From the NCBI GenBank assembly GCA_039045805.1, contig JBCCJR010000001.1, positions 317 to 64,316 of the forward strand: 64,000 bases of DNA. Reading direction: 5' to 3'. Source of the DNA: Cyanobacteria bacterium P01_C01_bin.118. GTDB taxonomy: Bacteria; Cyanobacteriota; Cyanobacteriia; Phormidesmidales; Phormidesmidaceae. Positions within the stretch are counted from its first letter, which is position 1; each line of letters starts with the position of its first letter. A model generated the notes under the pieces. That model had not been told where the DNA came from, searched no databases, and saw nothing but the letters and a program-made list of their open reading frames with translations. This document shows, piece after piece, positions 51,717-61,096 of this stretch. A program made the translations under genes and the position numbers.

Positions 51717-53462
51717 CTAAAAACTGGGCTGATAGTTGAGTAAAAAATATAATCCATTTTCCTGAAGAGAATTACCCGTATTGTCCACATCCACCAGGGG
51801 AATACCGTAATCAAGACGCAGGGATAAATCAGGGTTGATCGCCCAGCGTACACCAACACCAAGACCGGCTAGAAAAGAGGGGTCTGGGTCAGGAATTTGA
51901 TTATTCCAGCCAATACCAGCGTCCAGAAATGGCGTTATCTGTACCTTATTGGGGTCTTTGGTCACCGGAATGCGAAACTCCACCGAGCCGGTGATGGCAT
52001 TGTCAGTCACCAGCTGATTTTGGCTGTAACCCCTTACGGTGCCAATGCCGCCAAGGCTAAAACGTTCGATGGGGAGAAGGGCATCGGGAGTCAACTGAGC
52101 GCCTACCCGCGTTAAAACTAAGAAACGCGGTGATACTTGCTCAATCCACTGAAATTGCCCTAGCCAGCTAAAAAAGCGGCCATCAATCCCAGAGTCATTG
52201 ACGGTGGCATCAAACGCATCGATGCCGACGCTAAACTGAGAGCGAGCGGCCAACACCCGCGACTGACTGCGTTTGACCCAGTCTTGGTAAAAGCGTAGGG
52301 CACTCACCTGGGATTTGCCCTCCTCAGGCCCTAGAGAAAATGAAAAGGGAATGTCATCGAGGATAAAACTCTCGCTCCGTTTCCAGTCAAAATCCAGCCC
52401 CAGGGCAAACTCTTCCGAGGGAGTTTGAACAATGGGCTGACGGAAGCCAGCGGATAGGGTGGTGGTCTCGCTACGGATACCGACATCGCGAAAGTCATCC
52501 TGGACAATGCGACTATCGCTATTACTGGCTCCAAACCGGAGGGTGCCGTCCCGACTATTAACGGGAATTGCGTAACTGACATCGTACAGGTCTAACCCAT
52601 CGGTGACCCCGTAGCTAGCGGTGAGGGTATCGCCCACTCCTAGGGGATGACGAACGGTTAGACCGATATTGGCTCCGACAGACCCAATGCTAGGGGACCG
52701 ATAATTATCAGTGCCCAGAGATAGAGTAAAGGTGTCGGCTTCCTGCAGGTCTAAGATCAGCAAACTTTTACCAGGACCATTGCCCGCAGTCAGTTCAGCA
52801 TTGACCCGTTCTAAGGCTGGGTCAATTTGGAGTAGCTGTAAACCTTCCTCTAAATTTCGCTGGTTTAAGGGGGTGCTGATGGCGCGGGTCAGCTGGTTGC
52901 GCACGTAGCTCTGACGCAGACGGGTGAGACCGTTGATTTGCAGGTCTTCTATTTCTCCTTCGATCACCTGAATCTGGACAACGCCTGCGGTTAGTTCTTG
53001 GTTGTTAGGGACAAAGGCTCCAGAGGTAATGTATCCCGCCTCTAGATAAAGTTTGGTAATGCGCGATCGCAAATTAAACAGGTCAGACAGCCGTATTTCC
53101 TGGCCCTCGTAGCAGGCCACCTGCTGATCAATTTCCGACTGGAGCACCGTATTGCCAACCACGACAATTTCATTGGCCAGGAAGGATAGCTCTGCCGTAG
53201 TGGCCAGGGCTGGACAAACCTCCAGATTAAGGACATCCGTAATATCAGGCCGCTCATCAGGTAGTATCTCCTCCGGCACCGCCGGTTCTTCCTCTGGAAT
53301 CGTTTCCTGGGGAGGCAGGGACTGCTCCTCAGGTGAGGGAATATCAGGCAACGGTGGCAGCTCAATATTCACAGTTTGAGCCGCTGCTGGCATGCGGCCA
53401 GAGATCACAAAACAACTGACGATAGTGACAAAAATTCGAGAACTTACCCTGGATATCCGCAT
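51717..53462 (-). CDS. ShlB/FhaC/HecB two-partner secretion pore (TpsB)
   Basis: Signal peptide, POTRA YLEAGYITSGA, GGIGTVRGY, C-terminal Phe. Confidence 0.9.
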   Translation of the reverse strand: MRISRVSSRIFVTIVSCFVISGRMPAAAQTVNIELPPLPDIPSPEEQSLPPQETIPEEEPAVPEEILPDERPDITDVLNLEVCPALATTAELSFLANEIVVVGNTVLQSEIDQQVACYEGQEIRLSDLFNLRSRITKLYLEAGYITSGAFVPNNQELTAGVVQIQVIEGEIEDLQINGLTRLRQSYVRNQLTRAISTPLNQRNLEEGLQLLQIDPALERVNAELTAGNGPGKSLLILDLQEADTFTLSLGTDNYRSPSIGSVGANIGLTVRHPLGVGDTLTASYGVTDGLDLYDVSYAIPVNSRDGTLRFGASNSDSRIVQDDFRDVGIRSETTTLSAGFRQPIVQTPSEEFALGLDFDWKRSESFILDDIPFSFSLGPEEGKSQVSALRFYQDWVKRSQSRVLAARSQFSVGIDAFDATVNDSGIDGRFFSWLGQFQWIEQVSPRFLVLTRVGAQLTPDALLPIERFSLGGIGTVRGYSQNQLVTDNAITGSVEFRIPVTKDPNKVQITPFLDAGIGWNNQIPDPDPSFLAGLGVGVRWAINPDLSLRLDYGIPLVDVDNTGNSLQENGLYFLLNYQPSF

Positions 53463-53554
53463 TCTTTCGGTTGAATTAACGGCCGATTATCATACTAGGC
53501 TTCTTAAATTTACTTTATTAAAAGAATTAATGGGATTGCGATTTTTAACTCTAT

Positions 53555-53971
53555 TTACCGGCCCTTAGGATAAGCAGCATATAAACAGCTGCTTTGGGGG
53601 ATCTGGAGTTGCTGGTGAATGTGCTCTAGTTGGGCATCCACGGTATCAAATGTGACCAGTGGACTGCTGTATTCATACATCCGTTGACAGACAAATTCTG
53701 TTTCAAAGGGCTCTGTTTCAATGGACTGTACTACCAGGGCAACGGTTTCTGGAGTGACCGGTAGAGGCTGGGCGGTGCGGTCGTAGTAGGTGGTTATGAT
53801 GTGCGCTACGGCAGTTGCGATCGCCCGCTGACGCGGTGTGTAACTGTGCCATTGAGGATTGGCAAGCGTCTGCTCACACTGGAATTGACAGTTCTCAATT
53901 TCTGCCCTGGCAGAATTCCCCCAAACAAACGATAGACCGACCAACAGGGCACATAAAAACGGCAACCTCAT
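53555..53971 (-). CDS. Hypothetical secreted protein
   Basis: Signal peptide MRLPFLCALLVGLSFVWGNSARA followed by a Cys-containing helical domain. Confidence 0.6.
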   Translation of the reverse strand: MRLPFLCALLVGLSFVWGNSARAEIENCQFQCEQTLANPQWHSYTPRQRAIATAVAHIITTYYDRTAQPLPVTPETVALVVQSIETEPFETEFVCQRMYEYSSPLVTFDTVDAQLEHIHQQLQIPQSSCLYAAYPKGR

Positions 53972-54234
53972 GGCGTATTCTCTAACTCACTGTAACTAGT
54001 GACAGCTTAAACAGCTTGTTGGATAAATACAGGGGAGTTTTCTGCAAGCTTGCCTGGATAAACCCGTGAAATGATGGCATTGCAAACCCAGTGTAGTTTT
54101 GTGCAATCAAACTTTGCTGATTAGAGATCTCGGCTTTACCGGTTTTATCCCTGAATTATCTGGATAGGGCTTTTACCGTTTAGGTAATCGGATCGTAAAC
54201 ACCGGTTGCTCAAACACTACACCCAAAAGCCCCC

Positions 54235-55035
54235 ATGAAAAATGCACTTCTTCGTTTGACCAGCTCTAGCCTCCTTGCCGCCACGTCTGTTTTTGCTTTT
54301 GGTCTGGTTGAGCCCAGTTTGCCAAAGTCTTCTTTATCTCACTGGCTAACCCAGGGACAGCTACTGGCGGCGGAAATGCCCGCCAGTGAAATTTATGAAC
54401 AAACGATCTCTTCTGTAGTGACCCTGTATCCGGTAGATAAGGATTTTAATACCTTGGGCAACTTTGGGAGTGGATTTGTGGTTCATGCTAATGGTTTGAT
54501 TGTTACCAATGCCCATGTACTCCATAGTGAGACGGCAGCAGTTGCGGTTACATTTGCCGATGGTTCCTACGGGGTGGCCATGGTAGTCGGCTATGACGGC
54601 CAGGGAAGAGATTTAGCTGCACTGCAGTTAGTCGGAGACTTTCAACTACCCACGCTGCCATTAGCCACTGGAGCAATGCCCCGAATCGGGGAGGCTGTTT
54701 ATGCCATCGGTGCGCCTCGGGGATTTTCTAACACAATGACCTCTGGCATTGTCGGCAATATTGCGCCAGATCAAACGCAGATTTTACACAATGCCGCCAT
54801 TAACGGAGGTAACTCGGGTGGTCCTTTGCTAAACGATCAGGGGCAGGTAATTGGGATGAATACCTGGATCTATGGAGCCACGGTGGAAACTGCTGATGGT
54901 GAAGTGATTGGTCAAGCCGATGGCTATAGCGGTATGAGCTTTGCGATCTCAGCCAATGAGATTCTGGCTTTTGTCAATGACTTAACCTCAGGCCAGGCCT
55001 CAGCCACGCCTGCAGCTCAGGTTGCACGCAATTAG
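54235..55035 (+). CDS. Trypsin-like S1C serine protease without a PDZ domain
   Basis: Signal peptide; GSGF, VTNAHV (His), DLA (Asp), GNSGGPL (Ser). Confidence 0.9.
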   Translation: MKNALLRLTSSSLLAATSVFAFGLVEPSLPKSSLSHWLTQGQLLAAEMPASEIYEQTISSVVTLYPVDKDFNTLGNFGSGFVVHANGLIVTNAHVLHSETAAVAVTFADGSYGVAMVVGYDGQGRDLAALQLVGDFQLPTLPLATGAMPRIGEAVYAIGAPRGFSNTMTSGIVGNIAPDQTQILHNAAINGGNSGGPLLNDQGQVIGMNTWIYGATVETADGEVIGQADGYSGMSFAISANEILAFVNDLTSGQASATPAAQVARN

Positions 55036-55073
55036 TAGAGACCAACAACTTTGTTTTTTAGCCCTTCATAACT

Positions 55074-55232
55074 ATGGAGAACAAACTAGAAAAGTTTTTG
55101 ACAGCGATACTGGTTACCCTTGGTCTAGTAATTTTTCAACAGACTATACATCTCGATGCGACCGCTAGTGTGCCTTTAGAAAACAACGCTTCAGCAATGT
55201 CTACCCATGCCAGTCTGTCGCCAAACGACTAG
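55074..55232 (+). CDS. Putative 52-aa secreted peptide (not in the ORF track)
   Basis: MENKLEKFLTAILVTLGLVIFQQTIHLDATASVPLENNASAMSTHASLSPND; charged n-region, hydrophobic core, A-T-A site; 38 nt after the protease gene. Confidence 0.5.
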   Translation: MENKLEKFLTAILVTLGLVIFQQTIHLDATASVPLENNASAMSTHASLSPND

Positions 55233-55290
55233 CAGCGCACAACTAAAAGGGGATTCAAGTCAGTCTTTACAATCCTTTTGAAAAACCTAC

Positions 55291-57084
55291 TCATCCAGAA
55301 TGTCGCAGAGCCGCTGTTGCAGCATTATCAACTGTCATCATATTGGGCTCAATCACCACTTTATAGTCTCGCTGCGCTGATTCAACGGAAAGAAATCCGT
55401 CTAGAACATCCTCCAACACCAAAGCTGGATCACGTTCCAAGGGGTTACCATAACCACCACCACAGGGGCTAATGGTACGCAAAGTGTCACCAGGTTTTGT
55501 TTTGCGACAGGGAAACTTAGATGGTAAAACTTGCACCTCATCCTCCTCTGGCTTGAGGATTTGCACCCCCCCTGGAGTGCCATCTTCTCCACCAAAGATC
55601 CCCCAAGGGGCATACTTATTGCCCTCTCCTTCTAGAGACATTTGACCCGGTGAGAGAAACTGAATATCTCGAATGGAACCCAGACCACCGCGCCACTTAC
55701 CGGCACCGCTGGCATCTTCGATTAGCTCATAGCGGGTCACTCTCAGGGGCAAATGGGCTTCAATATCTTCAATGGGATTGTTGCGAGTGTTGGCATAGAG
55801 GGTATCCACTCCATCCATGCCGTCCTTGCCATAGCGGCCACCATAGCTGCCTTCGGTAATATCCATATAGACCCAATAGTCTTCATCTACCGCACCACTG
55901 TAGGAGACTACTTTAATATTGCCGATGCCGCCACTGACATTTTGCGGAGCTACCTGGGCCAACGCTTTCATCAGAGTGTCAGCAACAATATTGCCTGGAC
56001 AACAGCGAGCAATGACTGGAGCCGGATAAATGGGATTTGCTAAACAGCCTCTGGGAGCAACAATGTGGATAGGACGAGTTAGACCAGAATTCTGAGGAAC
56101 ATATTCCATCAAGGCTGTGTCTAACAGAACAGAGCGCAGGGTGACAAAAATAGCGATATCTACGGTACCAACAAAGGGCATGTTGATGGGGCGATCGTCT
56201 ACCTGAGGGGCTGTACCGGTGAGATCGATGGTCATATCGCTACCGTCGATGGTGACAGTAACAGCAATCTTTAAGTCTTTTTTACTGGGGTCTGGATCGT
56301 CCAAAAACCCATCAATAAAACCCTCGGCAGCGTAGGTGCCATCCGGTAGCTTTTCAACAGCCTGACGAATCATCCGTTCGGAATAGTTCATCAGCACTTC
56401 ACTAGCCGCCAATACCGTATCTAAATCATACTGGTCCACTAGTTCCAGAAACCGTTGTTCACCCACCCGACAGGCCGCTACCTGGGCTTCAATATCGCCT
56501 ACCACTACCTGGGCACTGCGAATATTTTGTCGCAGCATGCGCCAAACCTGACGATTTTTCACACCCTTTTCGTAAATCTTGACGGCCTTGAACTGCAGAC
56601 CTTCGGCAAAGGCATCTACCGCATCAACAATGCCACAGCTACCGGGAGAGGAGGACCCAATATCTAAGTGATGGGCTGTGGTAAACGAGTAGCCAATCAG
56701 CTCTTCTCCCCGAAAGATAGGAATACCGATACCAATATCTGGCCCGTGGGAAGCACCATAGTAGGCGTGATTATGCAGGATCACATCACCGGGATAAAAC
56801 TCTTCGCCGTCTTCTTCCATGGCTTTGAGGACGCCCCGCATGTAGCCCGGAATGGGGCCTAGCTGTAGGGGAGTGCTGTAAGCACATTCGGCCAGCTGCT
56901 GACAGTCGGCATCGAGAATAGCAGCGCCAAAGTCTTCTGACTCACGAATAATGCTGGAGTAGGACATACGGGCAAGCTTGTGGCCCATTTCCAGGGCAAT
57001 GCCGTTGAGGGCTCCGGCGATGACCTGGGCGGTGACAGGGTCGATCTTGGGAAGCTGGCGGGGTTGTGGGGGGGAGATGGTCAT
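55291..57084 (-). CDS. Hydantoinase B/oxoprolinase-family subunit (start moved to ATG 57084)
   Basis: IDPVT, YSSIIRESEDF, SHGPD, AHHLDIG, GAGKWRGG, GGGYGNP. Confidence 0.92.
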   Translation of the reverse strand: MTISPPQPRQLPKIDPVTAQVIAGALNGIALEMGHKLARMSYSSIIRESEDFGAAILDADCQQLAECAYSTPLQLGPIPGYMRGVLKAMEEDGEEFYPGDVILHNHAYYGASHGPDIGIGIPIFRGEELIGYSFTTAHHLDIGSSSPGSCGIVDAVDAFAEGLQFKAVKIYEKGVKNRQVWRMLRQNIRSAQVVVGDIEAQVAACRVGEQRFLELVDQYDLDTVLAASEVLMNYSERMIRQAVEKLPDGTYAAEGFIDGFLDDPDPSKKDLKIAVTVTIDGSDMTIDLTGTAPQVDDRPINMPFVGTVDIAIFVTLRSVLLDTALMEYVPQNSGLTRPIHIVAPRGCLANPIYPAPVIARCCPGNIVADTLMKALAQVAPQNVSGGIGNIKVVSYSGAVDEDYWVYMDITEGSYGGRYGKDGMDGVDTLYANTRNNPIEDIEAHLPLRVTRYELIEDASGAGKWRGGLGSIRDIQFLSPGQMSLEGEGNKYAPWGIFGGEDGTPGGVQILKPEEDEVQVLPSKFPCRKTKPGDTLRTISPCGGGYGNPLERDPALVLEDVLDGFLSVESAQRDYKVVIEPNMMTVDNAATAALRHSG

Positions 57085-57117
57085 GGGAGAAGGGGAGAGG
57101 GGGAGCAAGGGAGAGGA
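57085..57117. repeat. Purine-rich short repeat spacer
   Basis: GGGAGAAGGGGAGAGGGGGAGCAAGGGAGAGG between the two subunit genes. Confidence 0.5.
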
Positions 57118-57118
57118 G

Positions 57119-59239
57119 TTAGGCGAGACTTTGGGAGGTGGCCATTTCTAGGGCTTTATTTGTTAAAGAATCATCGGTTACGTGAATGACTAGGTTGCCG
57201 TTGGGGTCTACGGTGGTGCGGCTGTGGGGCGGTAACAGAATTGTGGAGTCTTTTTGGAAGATGACGGCGGGGCCTTCGATTTGGGCTCCTATGGGGAGTC
57301 GGTCTCGGTCGAAGAATTGGGTAGAGTATTTCTCTAGCTGGCCGTTAACTCGGAAGTAGGTGACGGCTGTTTTTAGCCAGGCGTCTTGTAAGACTCCCTT
57401 AGTGGGGGCAGGGAAATCGGAGAGTTTGGGCATGGGGCCAGTGCCAGTGACTCTGAGCGTGACTAGTTCCACTGGATTTTCTGGAAAGGCATGGCCATAC
57501 TCGGCAGTGTGGAGATCGTGGAACTGTTGCCATACTGTTTGTAGAGCGGTTTCATCCAGGACGCCGCCGGGGACCTGAGCGCGTAACTCGTAACCCTGGC
57601 CCACATAGCGGCAGTCAGCAAATCGCTGTAGGGTCATGCCTTCTTCACTAAAGCCGTCGGCCCTGAGTTGTTCTTTGACCTGGTCTTCTAGAGATTGTAA
57701 GTCGGCATTAAGTTTAGCCAGATGGGGCTCGGTGCTGAGGGTAAATTCGTTTTGAATCAGGTCATGTTTGAGATCGGTGGTGAGCAGTCCCATGGCAGAG
57801 GTAATGCCGGGATAACGAGGGACGACTACTTCGGGAATACCCAGGGATAGGGCCACTTCAGCCGCGTGGAGGGGGCCAGCACCCCCCTGGGCAACCAAGG
57901 CAAACTTGCGGGGGTCTTGCCCTTTTTGGATGGTGCGAGAGCGGATGGCATTGGCCATGTTGTTGTTTACGATAGTGAGAATTCCGGCTGCGGTTTCGTA
58001 GAGATCTAGACCCATGTGATCCGCTAAAGCCTGCACCGCCGCAAAGGCTTTCTCTGGGTAGATGGTCATTTCACCACCGAGAAAGTACTCTGGGTCTAGT
58101 CGATTGAGAACAACGTTGGCATCGGTCACGGTCACTTCGGTGCCACCCTTGTCGTAGCAGACAGGACCAGGTTCAGCTCCAGCACTGCGGGGACCGACGC
58201 GAAATGCACCACCGGTATCAACATAGGCAATACTGCCACCACCGGCACCAATGGTGTGCACATCAATCATGGGCACCATGACGGGGTATCCAGCAATCCA
58301 GGTATCTCTTGCTGTGGCTTCGGCAAATCCACGCTCGGTGACAATGCCAATATCGGTACTAGTGCCGCCCATGTCAAAGGTAATCAGACGCTCGCGATTA
58401 GACTGTGCACCCGCAGCTGCCCCACCTAAGACACCAGCCGCTAACCCAGACAACAACAAGGTAACCGGTTGTTCTCCAGCGACGTCGGCTGTAGCCACCC
58501 CGCCGTTAGAGCGCATGATATGTAGTTCGCCTCGTACAGATTGTTCTTTGAGGCTCTGGTTGAGATTTTGAATATATCGTTTTACTTTAGGACCGACAAA
58601 GGCGTTAATACAGGCAGTGGTGAATCGTTCAAACTCTCGGAATTGGGGAAAGATGCTGGCGCTGGTGGTGATAAAGGCTTCAGGGTAAAGTTCTTTAGCA
58701 ATAGCGGCTACCCGTTCTTCGTGGCGGGCATCAAAGTAAGAGTTGAGAAAACAGATGGCGATGGATTCGACACCAGCTGCTTTGAGTTCGAGAATGGCCT
58801 CACTGGCTTCGGCTTCGTCCAGGGGAGTGAGAGTTTGGCCTTTAGGGTCGAGACGTTCTGAGACAACTTTGCGATCGCGTCTCCTCACCAACGGTCTTGC
58901 CTGCCAGGGAATATCCTGCATGATGGAATAGTGCTGGGGCCTTTGATGGCGACCAATATGAACAATATCCCGATAGCCCTTTGTAGTTACCATCCCCACA
59001 CGAGCCCCATCATAGGTGAGCAACGTATTGGTAGCAATGGTCGTGCCATGGAGCACATGCTCAATGTTGTTGTAATCAGCCTCGGCCATCTGGCATAGGG
59101 TTTCGATTCCCTGCATCATGGCAATGGAGGGATCGTCCACCGTCGTCGGCACCTTATGGATCCACGTCTGTTGTTGGGCTACATCTGCCAAGATTAAATC
59201 AGTAAACGTGCCGCCAATGTCTACGCCGATGAGTTTCAT
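57119..59239 (-). CDS. Hydantoinase A/oxoprolinase-family ATP-binding subunit
   Basis: GVDIGGTFTD, HGTTIATN, DMGGTSTD, IGAGGGS, TVTDA, GGAGPLH. Confidence 0.94.
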   Translation of the reverse strand: MKLIGVDIGGTFTDLILADVAQQQTWIHKVPTTVDDPSIAMMQGIETLCQMAEADYNNIEHVLHGTTIATNTLLTYDGARVGMVTTKGYRDIVHIGRHQRPQHYSIMQDIPWQARPLVRRRDRKVVSERLDPKGQTLTPLDEAEASEAILELKAAGVESIAICFLNSYFDARHEERVAAIAKELYPEAFITTSASIFPQFREFERFTTACINAFVGPKVKRYIQNLNQSLKEQSVRGELHIMRSNGGVATADVAGEQPVTLLLSGLAAGVLGGAAAGAQSNRERLITFDMGGTSTDIGIVTERGFAEATARDTWIAGYPVMVPMIDVHTIGAGGGSIAYVDTGGAFRVGPRSAGAEPGPVCYDKGGTEVTVTDANVVLNRLDPEYFLGGEMTIYPEKAFAAVQALADHMGLDLYETAAGILTIVNNNMANAIRSRTIQKGQDPRKFALVAQGGAGPLHAAEVALSLGIPEVVVPRYPGITSAMGLLTTDLKHDLIQNEFTLSTEPHLAKLNADLQSLEDQVKEQLRADGFSEEGMTLQRFADCRYVGQGYELRAQVPGGVLDETALQTVWQQFHDLHTAEYGHAFPENPVELVTLRVTGTGPMPKLSDFPAPTKGVLQDAWLKTAVTYFRVNGQLEKYSTQFFDRDRLPIGAQIEGPAVIFQKDSTILLPPHSRTTVDPNGNLVIHVTDDSLTNKALEMATSQSLA

Positions 59240-59445
59240 ACTCCGTCCCTAAGATAGAAGCCACCGCTGGCATCTTAAGCATTTCCCCTTGCGCTAAGTG
59301 TTCAGCATGTACCGTTTAACGGGTTTCTAACGATAGAGCGAACAATCAGTAACGAACTGTAATACTCTCAGCTCAAGTAAATTTAATAACAATCCGCCCA
59401 CTTCTTTACAAGGACAATAGGGTCATGTGTTTTGGGCTCACCCCT

Positions 59446-60699
59446 ATGGTTACCGTCACCTTGCAGACCAATCATAATCGCCTCCAAAAACGATTGAGCG
59501 ATTTGGCCACCATTGGTCAACTTTCCTGTGGCGGTGTACGCCGCACAGCCTATAGCCCAGAAGATTTGGCCGCTCGGCAGATGGTGATTACTGCCATGGA
59601 ACAGGTAGACATGGCCATAACCATTGATGCCGCTGGCAACATTATCGGACGCTACAGCGGCAACCAAGATCTGCCAGCTCTAGCCACTGGTTCCCACATT
59701 GATACAGTGCCTGCTGGTGGTCGCTACGACGGAGCCTTGGGAGTACTTGCAGGTATCGAAGTTGTCGCCACCCTTTACGAAGCCAGACAACGCCTTAACC
59801 ATCCCATTGAAGTGATTGTTTTCACCGATGAAGAAGGGGAGATGATAGGCAGTAAGGCGATGGCAGGAACAGCCCACTATACCGATGCGGAATTCTATCA
59901 ACGGCTGGATGGTACCTCGATTCAAACCTGTTTACAACGGATTGGTGGTGATTGGCATAATCTGACCACTGCTCAACGAACAACCCAGGATGTAGCGGCT
60001 TACCTGGAATTACATGTAGAACAAGGCGGTGTGCTAGAAGCGAGAGAATGCCAGATTGGTGTGGTTCAGGGCATTGTTAGCCTACAGCGTTACATCGTGA
60101 CCATTACAGGTCGTCCAAATCATGCGGGCACCACCCCTATGGATATGCGACAGGATGCGCTCTATGCCGCTTCTTTATTAATAGCAGCAGTGCATGATGT
60201 GGCGGTTCCCGGAGATCAGGTGGCGACTGTGGGGTATTTGAACGTCACCCCCAATGCTGCCAACATTGTGCCGGGGCAAGTAGACCTCACCATTGACCTG
60301 CGAGATTTATCCCTGGAGACTGTTGAGGCGATGGTGAATGCTTTGCAACAACAAGTACAGGAAATTGAAGCAGTTACAGGCACTCAGATCCAGTTAGAAC
60401 GACAACATGCGGTAGCTCCCACTCTGGCCAGTCCCAAGATTCAAGAGACCATTGCGACCGTTTGTGATTTTCTACAGTTGAGCCATTATTCTATGCCCAG
60501 CCGTGCCATCCACGATGCCCAGGAAATTGGTCGGTTTACCCAGATGGGAATGATCTTTGTACCTAGCCAGTCAGGAGTAAGCCATGCGGAAGATGAATAT
60601 ACTTCACCACAACAATGTGGCCAGGGAGCCGATGTGTTGTTACATACATTGTTACAGCTTGATGAACAGAATTTGACTCACTCAGCCGTTGTTGCCTGA
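59446..60699 (+). CDS. M20 Zn-dependent amidohydrolase (N-carbamoyl-amino-acid/allantoate amidohydrolase type)
   Basis: GSHIDTV, GRYDGALGV, DEEG, ELHVEQG, NHAGTTPM, HDA, GVSHAEDE. Confidence 0.92.
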   Translation: MVTVTLQTNHNRLQKRLSDLATIGQLSCGGVRRTAYSPEDLAARQMVITAMEQVDMAITIDAAGNIIGRYSGNQDLPALATGSHIDTVPAGGRYDGALGVLAGIEVVATLYEARQRLNHPIEVIVFTDEEGEMIGSKAMAGTAHYTDAEFYQRLDGTSIQTCLQRIGGDWHNLTTAQRTTQDVAAYLELHVEQGGVLEARECQIGVVQGIVSLQRYIVTITGRPNHAGTTPMDMRQDALYAASLLIAAVHDVAVPGDQVATVGYLNVTPNAANIVPGQVDLTIDLRDLSLETVEAMVNALQQQVQEIEAVTGTQIQLERQHAVAPTLASPKIQETIATVCDFLQLSHYSMPSRAIHDAQEIGRFTQMGMIFVPSQSGVSHAEDEYTSPQQCGQGADVLLHTLLQLDEQNLTHSAVVA

Positions 60700-60995
60700 C
60701 GATTATTTTCTAGCCTCTGCAGTATTTCTGTAATACCTGCAATACCAGTCCAAAATGTATAAACACCGGCTTTAATCGGATTTTCCTGTAGGCGATGGGC
60801 CAAAACGCCAGCAATCATTCCCTCTAAAACGTGAAACACAAGCGCGACTGTACCAATCCAAAAGACTCTCTCTAGGCCTGCGATCACACCGCTCAGTTTA
60901 CCCACCACTAAACCCAATGCTCCAGCGATTAATATGCAAGAAATCACTTTGATCACTTTGATTACCAGAGGATGAGTGGGGAGTAATGGCAGCAT
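60678..60995 (-). CDS. Small hypothetical membrane protein
   Basis: Three hydrophobic segments with an HVLEG motif; 3' end overlaps the hydrolase gene. Confidence 0.6.
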   Translation of the reverse strand: MLPLLPTHPLVIKVIKVISCILIAGALGLVVGKLSGVIAGLERVFWIGTVALVFHVLEGMIAGVLAHRLQENPIKAGVYTFWTGIAGITEILQRLENNRQATTAE

Positions 60996-61096
60996 GGAGT
61001 ATTTCCTGAAAGGTCATCTTTTCTATACCTCTACGGTAGCTGCATATTTTATTCTGGTATAGGTAAATCCTTCAGTTCTTACCTTCCCGCCCGACT

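Noticed and set aside
59349-59390. NtcA-like sites in the hydantoinase/carbamoylase divergent promoter
   Set aside because: Only mismatched versions (GTA-N8-TAA, GTA-N8-AAC) with no correctly spaced -10
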